DNA from: an uncultured Verrucomicrobiae bacterium
GTDB lineage: Bacteria; Verrucomicrobiota; Verrucomicrobiia; Chthoniobacterales; JAFAMB01
NCBI GenBank assembly: GCA_963762565.1
Contig: CAVXLD010000001.1
Coordinates: 1,408,001 to 1,472,000, forward strand
Length of the DNA stretch: 64,000 bases
Direction of reading: 5' to 3'
Below are positions 47,349 to 57,260 of the stretch, piece after piece. Below the pieces are notes generated by a model, which was given only the letters and a program-made list of their open reading frames with translations, did no database searches and had not been told where the DNA came from. A program made the position numbers and the translations under genes. The first letter of the stretch is position 1, and the number at the start of each line of letters is the position of its first letter.

Positions 47349-48458
47349 CTAAACCAGATTCTCCGGATTCAGCGCCTTTAATTCCTCTAGAACGAATTTG
47401 CCGTCTTTTCTGATCAGCTTCTTATCGAAGTAGATTTCACCACCGCCGTATTCCGGACGCTGGATACAAACCAGATCCCAGTGAACCTGGCTTCGATTGC
47501 CGTTATCCGCCTCCTCATAGGCTTGCCCTGGGGTGAAATGGAATGAGCCGGCGATCTTTTCATCGAACAAGATGTCGCGCATTGGTTCGAGGATGAAGGG
47601 ATTGAACCCAAGAGCAAACTCGCCGATGAACCGTGCTCCGTCGTCGGTGTCGAGGATCTCATTGATCCGAGCGGTATTGCTGCCGATGGCGTCCGTTATT
47701 CGCCCGTCTTTAAATGTGAGCTTTATCGAATCGAAGGCGACACCTTGATAGATGGTTGGCGCGTTATATTGGACCTGGCCCTGAACTGAATCCCGGACCG
47801 GACAAGTGAATACCTCCCCGTCGGGAATATTATGCGATCCGCTGCAGGGCACCGTCGAAATGCCTCGAATACTAAAGTTCAAATCGGTCCCCGGGCCAGT
47901 GATTCGGACCCGATCGGTATCGTTCATCAGAGCCACCAACGGTTTCATGGCGGCTGCCATTTTCGAATAGTTCAAGGTGCACACTCGAAAAAAGAAATCT
48001 TCAAATGCTTCCGTGCTCATCCCTGCCATCTGGGCCATGGAAGATGTCGGCCAGCGTAAAACTACCCACTTTGTCTGGTAGACCCGCTGATCGAGCACCG
48101 GTTTCAGTAGCTTCATGGCCAGCTTCATCCGATCCGGTGGAACATCCGATTGTTCGGTGATGTTATGGCTGCCGCGGACCGCTATGTACGCGATAACCCC
48201 TTTCATCCTGACCATCTCGTACTCAGCCATCAATTCGTACTGGCTCTCTTCGGCTTCTCGAAGCAATTCCCGGTTGATAGCGTGGCTTTGCAGGTTAGCC
48301 AAAGGAATTGCGCCTTTTTCGCGGGCCTTCCGAATCAGAGCAATGACGATCTCAGGCGGCGCGTCAAAAGAGTCGATAAGGACTTTTTCTCCGCTTTGTA
48401 GACGGGTGGAAAACCCGGTCAGAACTTCGGCTAACTGGTCATAACGCGGGTCACGCAT
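47349..48458 (-). CDS. Aminopeptidase, M29 (AmpS/AmpT) family
   Basis: [22 protein letters not shown] and SQVHWD motifs. Confidence 0.92.
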   Translation of the reverse strand: MRDPRYDQLAEVLTGFSTRLQSGEKVLIDSFDAPPEIVIALIRKAREKGAIPLANLQSHAINRELLREAEESQYELMAEYEMVRMKGVIAYIAVRGSHNITEQSDVPPDRMKLAMKLLKPVLDQRVYQTKWVVLRWPTSSMAQMAGMSTEAFEDFFFRVCTLNYSKMAAAMKPLVALMNDTDRVRITGPGTDLNFSIRGISTVPCSGSHNIPDGEVFTCPVRDSVQGQVQYNAPTIYQGVAFDSIKLTFKDGRITDAIGSNTARINEILDTDDGARFIGEFALGFNPFILEPMRDILFDEKIAGSFHFTPGQAYEEADNGNRSQVHWDLVCIQRPEYGGGEIYFDKKLIRKDGKFVLEELKALNPENLV

Positions 48459-48534
48459 AGGATTGGATGAATTTGAATTGGGTTAGACTTACTTTTAGAA
48501 AGTGGTACTGCAACTGAAAACGCCGGGTTTTAAC

Positions 48535-49008
48535 ATGTTAGGCAAGATCGTGCCTGAGGCCGAGGCAGCCATCATCAGGAAGAGTTACGCGCAGCAACGA
48601 GTTGTATTCACCAACGGTTGCTTCGACATCCTGCACGTCGGCCATATCCGTTATCTAACGGCTGCGAAGCAGCTAGGAGATATTCTGGTGGTTGGATTAA
48701 ACAGCGACGATTCGGTGCGCCAGTTAAAAGGACCCGGCAGACCAATCAATTCAGAGGCCGATCGAGCGGAAATCTTAGCAGCGTTAGCCGTAGTGGACCA
48801 TGTCGTGATTTTTCAGGAGATGCGCGCAAGCCGGTTGATCACTCTTTTGCGGCCAGATTTCTATGTTAAAGGAGGAGATTACTCCATAGATGGCCTGGAC
48901 CGGAGTGAGGTCGATGCGCTACGCTCAGTAGGCGCCGAGATCAAGATTGTGCCACTTGTGCCTGGCCGGTCTACGACCCGGCTAATCGAAGGTATCCAGA
49001 ACACATGA
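48535..49008 (+). CDS. rfaE2: ADP-heptose adenylyltransferase (RfaE domain II)
   Basis: VFTNGCFDILHVGH, GLNSD, KG..RP and KGGDY motifs. Confidence 0.88.
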   Translation: MLGKIVPEAEAAIIRKSYAQQRVVFTNGCFDILHVGHIRYLTAAKQLGDILVVGLNSDDSVRQLKGPGRPINSEADRAEILAALAVVDHVVIFQEMRASRLITLLRPDFYVKGGDYSIDGLDRSEVDALRSVGAEIKIVPLVPGRSTTRLIEGIQNT

Positions 49009-49601
49009 ACAGGCGAATAAAGCTTGGGGTGCTTGGCTCCGGTAAGGGCTCCAATTTCAAGGCTATTATGGAGCAAATCATTGACGGGAAATTGCCCGCT
49101 GAGGTTCGGCTCGTGATTTCGGATGTGCCTGATGCCGGTATCCTCTCTTACGCGCGAGATTTTCAGGTGCCGGCTCTTTTCGTGAACCCTGGCAAATACC
49201 GGACGCGCCTGGAGACGGAGGTAGAGCAGGATATCGTGAGACTGCTGCAGGAAGCCGGGGTGGAGTTAGTGGTTCTGGCCGGGTTTATGCGAGTTTTGAA
49301 GGAGCCACTGCTGAAAGCTTTCTCTAAATCGATCATCAATATCCATCCTTCTCTATTGCCAAAATATAAGGGGTTAGAGGCATGGAAACGGGCTTTGGAA
49401 GCGGGAGAAAAAGTCACTGGCTGCACGGTTCATTACGTTGACGCTGCAGTCGATGCCGGCCACGTCTTAGGTCAACGGGAAGTGGCCATCCAACCTGACG
49501 ATACCCCCGCTTCATTACACGCCAGAATCCAGGAAGCCGAACACGACCTTCTGCCCGAGGTGGTGCGGCAAATCGCGCTTAGCAAGAAAGGAGCTAGCTA
49601 G
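49005..49601 (+). CDS. purN: Phosphoribosylglycinamide formyltransferase
   Basis: SGKGSN, LAGFMR, NIHPSLLP and GCTVHYV motifs. Confidence 0.95.
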   Translation: MNRRIKLGVLGSGKGSNFKAIMEQIIDGKLPAEVRLVISDVPDAGILSYARDFQVPALFVNPGKYRTRLETEVEQDIVRLLQEAGVELVVLAGFMRVLKEPLLKAFSKSIINIHPSLLPKYKGLEAWKRALEAGEKVTGCTVHYVDAAVDAGHVLGQREVAIQPDDTPASLHARIQEAEHDLLPEVVRQIALSKKGAS

Positions 49602-49603
49602 GA

Positions 49604-50208
<605 letters not shown>

Positions 50209-50308
50209 GCATGGTCACCTGTTTGCTATCCGGTCGCCGTGGTCTACGCCGATACGCTCCCGCGTCCGCACCCAAACGCCGGCGCGCCTTATTCAGTCTG
50301 TCTTGGCT

Positions 50309-50704
50309 ATGGACGAGGTGACTACCGTTTCTCCCGACCTGCAGGCCTCATTGATTTGTGAAGATGTCAGGCAGGAAGTTAACGGTATGCAGACGCTGGT
50401 CGGCATCATAAATATGATTCCTGCCAGGGTGCTGCCAGTGGCGATCCTGAAGCTGTGCGTCTGGACCCGGTGGTCTAGCGGCATTGGTCGTTTTCGACAA
50501 GTATCCCGGATCTTGGGCGCCGACGAAGAGCAGGTATTGGCGGAGTCCCAAATTGAGTTCGAATTAAAAGAACTGGAGAGCCATGTCACCAACGTCAATT
50601 TGTTTACGGGGGTACAGTTCCAGCGATATGGTCTGCACTACGTGGAGATCTTGTTGGAGAATGAATTAAGGCTGCGTTATCCCGTTCCGGTGGTGAAAGT
50701 GTGA
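50309..50704 (+). CDS. Conserved hypothetical beta-sandwich protein
   Basis: LICEDVRQE..G...LVGI N-terminal motif. Confidence 0.7.
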   Translation: MDEVTTVSPDLQASLICEDVRQEVNGMQTLVGIINMIPARVLPVAILKLCVWTRWSSGIGRFRQVSRILGADEEQVLAESQIEFELKELESHVTNVNLFTGVQFQRYGLHYVEILLENELRLRYPVPVVKV

Positions 50705-50758
50705 GGGGCTGGGGTTGGGGTTCGACCTGGCCCAGCGAACACCTGGGACTAGGCACGG

Positions 50759-50823
50759 ATGGGATCCGCCTTCGCAAAGCCTACGTCGCGACAGGCTTTA
50801 TAGGACCTATGGGACTAAATGGG
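50759..50823. repeat. Small hairpin insert within a TATGGGAC 9-mer array
   Basis: Close match to 6162-6224. Confidence 0.65.
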
Positions 50824-50962
50824 GGAGCCCACGAACAGGCAAATGATAGAGCTGCCGCCGGTCAAAGCCCGGGTGCAACCTACCCTCGCTTCTCACCCAT
50901 TCGACCCGCTCGATGCTTGCTCGGGGCAGGCCTCTCACCAATCACTTCTCACCTCTCACTTC

Positions 50963-52420
50963 TCACCTCTCACCCAAGAGTGGCTTCGCCAGATGCCAAT
51001 CGGTGTTCTGCTCATAAGCGTGTGCCACTCGCAACACGGTGGCTTCGTCCAGTGCTTTGCCTAGGATTTGCAATCCGATCGGCAATTTCTTTCCTTCAAC
51101 CTCGGCGAAACCACACGGGATACTAATCCCGCAAATCCCGGCCATGTTCGCAGCCAAAGTGAAAATATCCGCCAGATACATTTGCAGCGGGTCACCGGTC
51201 CGCTCGCCCAGTTTGAACGCTGGAATCGGGGAAGTCGGGCACAGAATGGCGTCAACTTTGGCAAAAGCGTCATCAAAATCGCGCCGAATCAAGGTCCTTA
51301 CTTTCTGAGCACGCAAATAGTAGGCATCGTAATAGCCGGAGCTCAGAGCATAAGTACCCAGGATGATCCGCCGTTTTACTTCCTGTCCGAAACCCTCCTC
51401 CCGGGTCTTGCCATAATGATCCAGCAAACCAGTGGTTCCTTCAGCCCGGAAGCCATAACGGACACCATCGAATCGGGCGAGATTGGCTGAAGCCTCAGCT
51501 GGAGCGATGATGTAGTAAGTGCTCAGGGCATACTCGGTGTGGGGCAGCGAAATATCGACGACCTTCGCACCCAGCTTTTCGTAGCGAGCAACGGCAGCTC
51601 GCACTGTTTCTTCAACCTGAGGATCCAGACCTTCAATGAAATATTCTTTGGGCAACCCGAGAGTAAGCCCCCTTACTCCTTGGTCCAGATCCGCTGTGTA
51701 ATCAGGAACCGGCGCATCCAACGTTGTTGAATCGCACGGATCCACCCCACTGATGACGTTCATGATAAGTGCCGCGTCACGGACGTCCTTTGCGAGCGGT
51801 CCGATCTGGTCCAAAGACGAAGCAAACGCGACCAAACCATAACGGGAAACGCGCCCATAAGTCGGTTTGACGCCCACGCAGCCGCAAAGGGCAGCGGGTT
51901 GACGAATCGAGCCTCCGGTATCAGAGCCAAGCGCAGCCAATGCTTCATCGGCAGCGACCACCGCGGAGGACCCGCCACTTGAACCGCCGGGCGCTCGTTC
52001 CGGGTCCCAAGGGTTATGGGTCGGCCCGAATGCAGAATTTTCCGTAGACGACCCCATGGCGAACTCGTCCATGTTCGTCCGGCCGAAAGGGATGGCGCCC
52101 GCTGCTCGCAATTTTTTGATTACGGTGGCGTCGAACGGAGCGGTATAGCCTTTTAAAATCTTGGAAGCGCAGCCGCAGGGATGACCTTTAACACTGACGA
52201 CATCCTTGATGGCAATGGGAATACCTCCCAGCGGAAGAGAAACGTCCGCGTGCTCCGCCTCCTCCAAAGCGCGCTGCGGATCGAACGATAAGTATCCGTG
52301 AACCACTTCGTCGACCTGTTCGATTCGTCTGATTAGCGCTTCGACAATCTCTTTCGGCGATATCTCTTTCCGCCGAAGCAGGTCCAGAGCCTCGTGAACG
52401 GTGAGTGAAGACAATCCCAC
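50963..52420 (-). CDS. gatA: Asp/Glu-tRNA amidotransferase subunit A
   Basis: IAIKD, GGSSGGS, GSDTGGSIRQP and VKRRIILG motifs. Confidence 0.96.
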   Translation of the reverse strand: MGLSSLTVHEALDLLRRKEISPKEIVEALIRRIEQVDEVVHGYLSFDPQRALEEAEHADVSLPLGGIPIAIKDVVSVKGHPCGCASKILKGYTAPFDATVIKKLRAAGAIPFGRTNMDEFAMGSSTENSAFGPTHNPWDPERAPGGSSGGSSAVVAADEALAALGSDTGGSIRQPAALCGCVGVKPTYGRVSRYGLVAFASSLDQIGPLAKDVRDAALIMNVISGVDPCDSTTLDAPVPDYTADLDQGVRGLTLGLPKEYFIEGLDPQVEETVRAAVARYEKLGAKVVDISLPHTEYALSTYYIIAPAEASANLARFDGVRYGFRAEGTTGLLDHYGKTREEGFGQEVKRRIILGTYALSSGYYDAYYLRAQKVRTLIRRDFDDAFAKVDAILCPTSPIPAFKLGERTGDPLQMYLADIFTLAANMAGICGISIPCGFAEVEGKKLPIGLQILGKALDEATVLRVAHAYEQNTDWHLAKPLLGER

Positions 52421-52421
52421 G

Positions 52422-52709
52422 TTATTCCACCACTTTAGTTACGATGAATAATCCTTGAGCCTGACGCGGGGCGTTTGCCAGCGCGGCTTCCCGCTCGAGG
52501 CAGGGCCGGGTCTGGTCCTCACGAAAGATGTTATAGATCGGGAAACTGTGGGCAGTCGGTTCGACCTGGCTGACATCGAGTTGGTTAAGCTTCTCGACAT
52601 GCTCGAGCACATGGCCAAGCTGCGACTCGAAAGTGGCAATTTCCGCAGGCTCCAGCTTTATCCGAGCAAGCCCGGCCAAATATCGCACGTTGAATTTTTC
52701 TGCGTTCAT
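52422..52709 (-). CDS. gatC: Asp/Glu-tRNA amidotransferase subunit C
   Basis: LARI, VEPT, RED and NAP motifs; directly upstream of gatA. Confidence 0.92.
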   Translation of the reverse strand: MNAEKFNVRYLAGLARIKLEPAEIATFESQLGHVLEHVEKLNQLDVSQVEPTAHSFPIYNIFREDQTRPCLEREAALANAPRQAQGLFIVTKVVE

Positions 52710-52740
52710 CGAGAAGCCTTAACGAATAGAACGCCCTAGA

Positions 52741-52846
52741 AACGCCGTCAACGCCCTTAGCAACGCCGGGACCGCCGCGATCGCCGACAACGCCGACAAC
52801 GAGATCAGATGCCGGCGATGACGGCGATAAGGGTTTTGTCGGCGTT
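52741..52846. repeat. Inverted AACGCCGAC 9-mer array pair
   Basis: AACGCCGTCAACGCCCTTA... / ...TAAGGGTTTTGTCGGCGTT. Confidence 0.75.
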
Positions 52847-53225
52847 ACAAATGGTTCATGAGCTGCATGACGAGATACACCACGATACTTCCCGCAACGA
52901 TCACGGCGCCGAGCAGAGCAACCAACCGGAGCCGGGCGGCCCGGCGTTGTGCCCGGCGGGGTCTGGGCGGCCTGTCGATTAAAACATCGGATTGATGCCG
53001 AACATCCTCGAGAATATCCGGTGAATCCAAAGGGCTCCGCCGAGTGCTCGCGCGCGCGATTCGTTCCTGGCGGTCCTGTTCCAACCTTTCCTCGGCAAGT
53101 TTAGGCGCGTCGGAAATGACCTTCTCCAACTCGGCCATTTCCCTCCGCAACGCTTCCTCTTGCTTGGCCAGTTGTTCTTTCTGAGAATCGATCGGCGTTT
53201 GGCGGAATTGTTTGCGGTGCATCAC
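52845..53225 (-). CDS. Hypothetical coiled-coil protein with C-terminal TM
   Basis: Coupled to the upstream gene; charged helix then hydrophobic tail. Confidence 0.7.
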   Translation of the reverse strand: MMHRKQFRQTPIDSQKEQLAKQEEALRREMAELEKVISDAPKLAEERLEQDRQERIARASTRRSPLDSPDILEDVRHQSDVLIDRPPRPRRAQRRAARLRLVALLGAVIVAGSIVVYLVMQLMNHL

Positions 53226-53842
53226 CTGGCAAAGGCAGCGTGCGCGATAAAGAGTATTGCCAGCGCGATCAATCCAAAAATGATGAGAGGCAGCGTAAAT
53301 GCTAAGCCCCTCTTAAACCACGTGACAAAACTCCCGTCGTCGGTCGGGTACTCCGCAAAATCAGACGTTCCCATTGGTTCGAGGACCTCGGCCTCCGACT
53401 CGGCATTTATTTTAGTAATCGACTTCGAATATTCGGTCCTGGCATCGTCCACCGCGCTTAAGGCTTTGCTCAATTCGCGATGCAAGTCGCCATTGTTCCA
53501 GGCCTTTGGATTAATTCGCTCCAGCGTGTGCAGGTGCTGCGTGAAAGCAGTCGTCGAAGACCTAAGCTGCTCGACCCGCTTCTCGCTTTCGTAAGTCTGG
53601 CGTTCGATCACCACCAGGGACCGACTCAGTTTTTCGATCATCTCTGCGCGCCCTTTTTCCAGCTCGTCTTGCTTTCGGCTGAGCTCTTCCAGCTCGCGTT
53701 TCTGTCGCTCGATCGCTTCCTGCTGGCGTTTCAGTTGCAGGAGCTGTTCTTGGGCACGCTGAACCTTATCGTCTAGTTCATCCGGCGAGGGTGGGTCGCC
53801 GTTCGAGAGATCGAGGAACGGCTCTTTCGTACTTTCCGACAT
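53222..53842 (-). CDS. Hypothetical coiled-coil protein with C-terminal TM
   Basis: Long Q/E/K/R heptad region then a TM segment. Confidence 0.75.
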   Translation of the reverse strand: MSESTKEPFLDLSNGDPPSPDELDDKVQRAQEQLLQLKRQQEAIERQKRELEELSRKQDELEKGRAEMIEKLSRSLVVIERQTYESEKRVEQLRSSTTAFTQHLHTLERINPKAWNNGDLHRELSKALSAVDDARTEYSKSITKINAESEAEVLEPMGTSDFAEYPTDDGSFVTWFKRGLAFTLPLIIFGLIALAILFIAHAAFAR

Positions 53843-53960
53843 CCCTGGACAATATCCGAGAAATCACCGTTCCGCGACCGGAAAACCTTCTGTCAAGAGT
53901 ATAGAACAGAGTTTTCAAAGCGAGTGGATGAGGTCTACGCGCATGGCCACACCGGGTCGC

Positions 53961-54177
53961 AATCGTTCTCGTCCTCGTCGTCGTCCTCGAATGGGTGTGG
54001 ACCGCTTAGCGATGCGACTAGGGTCTGAGTCATATTAGTCCTATAGGTCCTATAGGTCCCATACGTCCTATACGTCCTATCCGTGCCATGCGCTCCATCG
54101 CGCCTCTGACCAAAGCGACCGCCACCACCTGAAGACCCAAATCGAGGACGAGGACGACGACGAGAACGAGAACGATT
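53961..54177. repeat. Inverted hexamer arms enclosing a TATAGGTCC 9-mer array
   Basis: AATCGTTCTCGTCCTCGTCGTCGTCCTCGA / TCGAGGACGAGGACGACGACGAGAACGAGAACGATT; 9-mers at 54031-54080. Confidence 0.85.
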
Positions 54178-54188
54178 CCCCCTTCGCC

Positions 54189-55358
54189 CTAGCGTCCTGG
54201 TAACAACTGAAAAACAAATCCCTTCAGATATTCGGTCTCTGGAAGATGGGGCAGGATCGGGTGATCGAGGGGTTGGGACAGCGATTTGATCCGGCGCAAG
54301 TGTCTTCTGGCGTCGACGCTGGCATCCACGACAATATCCGAAAGGGCGGACTGACTGATATGGTGTGAACAGGAGAACGTCACCAACAGACCTTGTGGCG
54401 CCAGCAGCTGGATAGCTCGCAAATGAATCTCTTTGTAGCCACGACGAGCCCCCTCTAAGGTTTCACGTGACCGGGTAAACGATGGCGGATCCAAGATGAT
54501 CAAGTCATAGCTTTCCTGTCTAGCGACCTGCTCCGTTAAAAAATCGAAAACGTTCTTCGGATAAACGGTCAATGAGACATGATTCAGTCGCGCATTGGTT
54601 TCGATAGCCGCTGCCAGAGGTTCACTAATCTCGACAGCTGTCACCGACTCCGCGCCGTTTTTAGCGCACGCAATGGCAAAGGCGCCTTGGTTGGCAAAAC
54701 AATCCAGCACCCGTTTCCCGGACGCCAGCTGGGCCACCTCGTTATAGTTGTCGATCTGATCGAGATAAAACCCGGTCTTTTGCCCGCTCAAAAGCTCTAA
54801 CTCAAAATCCATTCCGGCGATACTCATGGTCAGACGCGGTGGTGCTTCGCCTTTGAGGACGCCCGTTTTGAGTTCCATGCCCTCTGCTCGTCGCACCGGG
54901 GCATCGTTACGCTCGATGATTGAAGTAGGCGAAAACAGAGAATCGAGTGCCTGAACGACCAGTTCTTTCCGCTGATCCATGGCGACGGTCAAAGTCTGGA
55001 TCACTAAATTACTGCCGTAGCGATCCACAATCAGCCCGGGGAGCCCGTCACTCTCGCTCCACACCAATCGGCCAGGGTCGCGGTCGAGCGTCCATTGTTG
55101 GCGGAGCTCATGGGCCTGCCGGATACGTCGAACGAAAAAATCCAGATCAAGTTTTTCGCGACGCCGAGAGAATCGACGCGCCACGATCTGCGAATGTGGA
55201 TTATAAATTGCGCTGCCCAACATTTGGTCGCGCCCATCCTTTAGAGAAACGACAGATCCTGCTTCTGGGTCACCAAATACCTTCAGCACCTCGGTGTTGA
55301 ATACCCAATCATGCCCATGAAAAATGCGCGCCCGTGGCCGGACGACGATACCTGCCAT
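54189..55358 (-). CDS. RlmI/RlmK-like SAM-dependent rRNA methyltransferase
   Basis: GHDWVF PUA domain, ESDGLPGL, GQKTGFYLDQ, ILDPPSF and FSCS motifs; ATG at 55358. Confidence 0.9.
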   Translation of the reverse strand: MAGIVVRPRARIFHGHDWVFNTEVLKVFGDPEAGSVVSLKDGRDQMLGSAIYNPHSQIVARRFSRRREKLDLDFFVRRIRQAHELRQQWTLDRDPGRLVWSESDGLPGLIVDRYGSNLVIQTLTVAMDQRKELVVQALDSLFSPTSIIERNDAPVRRAEGMELKTGVLKGEAPPRLTMSIAGMDFELELLSGQKTGFYLDQIDNYNEVAQLASGKRVLDCFANQGAFAIACAKNGAESVTAVEISEPLAAAIETNARLNHVSLTVYPKNVFDFLTEQVARQESYDLIILDPPSFTRSRETLEGARRGYKEIHLRAIQLLAPQGLLVTFSCSHHISQSALSDIVVDASVDARRHLRRIKSLSQPLDHPILPHLPETEYLKGFVFQLLPGR

Positions 55359-55415
55359 TGAATATGATCCGTGGGAATGCGTCGCTGCGCTAGCGGTTAT
55401 CGCGACACAGGGCAC

Positions 55416-55647
55416 GGAGGGGAGCCGCTTTGTAGGTTGGCAGCTCTGCTGGTTGGCAGCAGGCGGCTCCCGCGAACGGCTGCACGGCTACGGGTTGATT
55501 CCTGACGGTTGGGATAAGAGAGGCCTAGGGTAAGAACATCACGCTGGATACTTCGCGGGAGCCGCCTGCTTTCACCTCTTCGAGTTGCACTCGCTTTGCG
55601 GAGAATGCCGACGGGCCATCGCATACGCCCCAAAGCGGCTCCCCTCC
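55416..55647. mobile_element. REPIN/MITE-like element, family B
   Basis: GGAGGGGAGCCGCTTTG ... CAAAGCGGCTCCCCTCC; inner GCAGGCGGCTCCCGCGAA / TTCGCGGGAGCCGCCTGC. Confidence 0.82.
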
Positions 55648-55706
55648 AGGCCGAGGGCGGCGCTCACTTCTTTGGCTCTTTTGCGGCTATCCCCCGATTC
55701 GAGAAC

Positions 55707-56906
55707 TTACGAGAACAACAACTCGTCCGCTGGCTCTATTACCCGCTGGAACTTGGGTTTCTCGGCCACCTCGGGATATTCGAATATCTTGCCCTCGTAA
55801 TTGCGAATCACGACCTTATCCTGATCATGGAACAAGACGTAATCGGGGTTAATCGGCACTTTGCCGCCGCCTCCGGGAGCATCGATAACAAATTGTGGGA
55901 CCGCGTAGCCCGAGGTGTGTCCACGTAACGACTCGATAATATCGATCCCTTTGGCCACCGAGGTCCGCAGATGCGAAGAACCGTGAATCAGGTCGCACTG
56001 ATAGAGGTAATACGGGCGAACGCGGCACTTTAACAGCTTCTGCACCAAGGTCCGCATGACCTCTGCATCATCATTAACCCCTCTCAAAAGAACGCTTTGG
56101 TTACCGAGCGGAACCCCATGGTCTGCCAATTTTTCCAAAGCCGTTTTTACCTCGGTTGTCAATTCTCGGGGATGATTGACATGCACACTCATCCACAACG
56201 GATGAAACTGCTGCAGCATCCGGCAAAACGCGTCCGTGATCCTCTGGGGAAGAAAAATCGGCACCCGGGTGCCGATCCGGAGAAACTCGATATGAGGAAT
56301 CTCCCTGAGCCGGGTCAGGATGCCTTTCAGTTTATCATCGGAAAACAGCAAAGCATCTCCACCAGAAATAAGGACGTCGCGGACTTCGGTGTGTGAACGC
56401 AAGTAAGCATAGATTTCCTCGAAGTCGGTTTGCAGTTCTTGTTCACCAACTCCGCTGACCACGCGGCTGCGAGTGCAGTAGCGGCAATACGACGCGCATC
56501 GGTCAGTTACCAGAAAGAGCACCCGGTCCGGGTATCGGTGTACCAGGCCCGGAACCGGCATGTGGGAATCTTCGCCACACGGGTCCGCCACCTCCCAAGG
56601 GGCGCGGAAGGATTCTTCGATTCTGGGAATTACTTGCCTTCGAATCGGGCATTCCGGGTCTTCCGGATCAATCAAATTGAAAAAGTGCGGAGTGACAGCA
56701 AAAGCTAATTTCTGCCCTGCCAGCAGCACACCGGCACGCTCTTCTTTCGTGAGCCGGATTTTCGATTCGAGCGCTTCTAGAGTCGCCACTCGATTCTTGA
56801 GTTGCCACTTCCAGTCGTTCCAAAGCTCGGACGGAACATCTGGCCAGTAGCCGGGAGCGTGTGAGGTAAATTGCTGGTCGTTCGAAACTACAATGGATTC
56901 GGTCAT
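55707..56906 (-). CDS. KamA family radical SAM enzyme (lysine 2,3-aminomutase-like)
   Basis: HRYPDR, CASYCRYC, SGGD, NQSVLL.GVND, PYY and PGGGGK motifs. Confidence 0.9.
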   Translation of the reverse strand: MTESIVVSNDQQFTSHAPGYWPDVPSELWNDWKWQLKNRVATLEALESKIRLTKEERAGVLLAGQKLAFAVTPHFFNLIDPEDPECPIRRQVIPRIEESFRAPWEVADPCGEDSHMPVPGLVHRYPDRVLFLVTDRCASYCRYCTRSRVVSGVGEQELQTDFEEIYAYLRSHTEVRDVLISGGDALLFSDDKLKGILTRLREIPHIEFLRIGTRVPIFLPQRITDAFCRMLQQFHPLWMSVHVNHPRELTTEVKTALEKLADHGVPLGNQSVLLRGVNDDAEVMRTLVQKLLKCRVRPYYLYQCDLIHGSSHLRTSVAKGIDIIESLRGHTSGYAVPQFVIDAPGGGGKVPINPDYVLFHDQDKVVIRNYEGKIFEYPEVAEKPKFQRVIEPADELLFS

Positions 56907-56925
56907 TTCTTGACTAATTGGTACA

Positions 56926-56953
56926 AATCTAAGGACCGCTGGGTTCTTGTCAA
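56926..56953 (-). promoter_or_regulatory. Candidate sigma70 promoter of the KamA gene
   Basis: Minus strand TTGACA-N16-TAGATT, about 20 nt upstream of the ATG. Confidence 0.55.
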
Positions 56954-56954
56954 T

Positions 56955-57189
56955 TAGCCTGCGCCGCCGGGCAAATGGTCTGCATTTCCCCGGCGGCGCA
57001 GGCTATGTGATTTTTCGTCTATAAAAAATCGATTTGCGTCAAAGCTCCGGATTGGCCTGGACAACGCAGGCTTGACCCCCTTGCTCCCGAGTTTATTAGC
57101 AGAGGATCAGCCGGCGATAGCCGGCTGATCCTCTGCCCCAGCCAGCGCCGCTGACAAATGCTATTACGCATTTGTCAGCGGCGCTGGCT
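56955..57189. repeat. Three long stem-loops
   Basis: 56955-57005 (23-bp stem, 1 mismatch), 57099-57136 (17-bp stem), 57140-57189 (22-bp stem). Confidence 0.85.
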
Positions 57190-57260
57190 AGTGCGATCGG
57201 TTCTACTGGCGCGCTGGATCAGCTCCGCACTCTCGCTGTACACTACATGATTTTAGACAT

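Noticed and set aside
50701..51126. 141-aa ORF after the hypothetical gene
   Set aside because: Composed of 9-mer and heptamer repeat translation (TSHLSLLTSH) and overlaps gatA
55707..56906. Calling the KamA gene epmB
   Set aside because: It is not adjacent to efp or epmA, it is closer in length to full KamA, and the local EF-P lacks the target Lys
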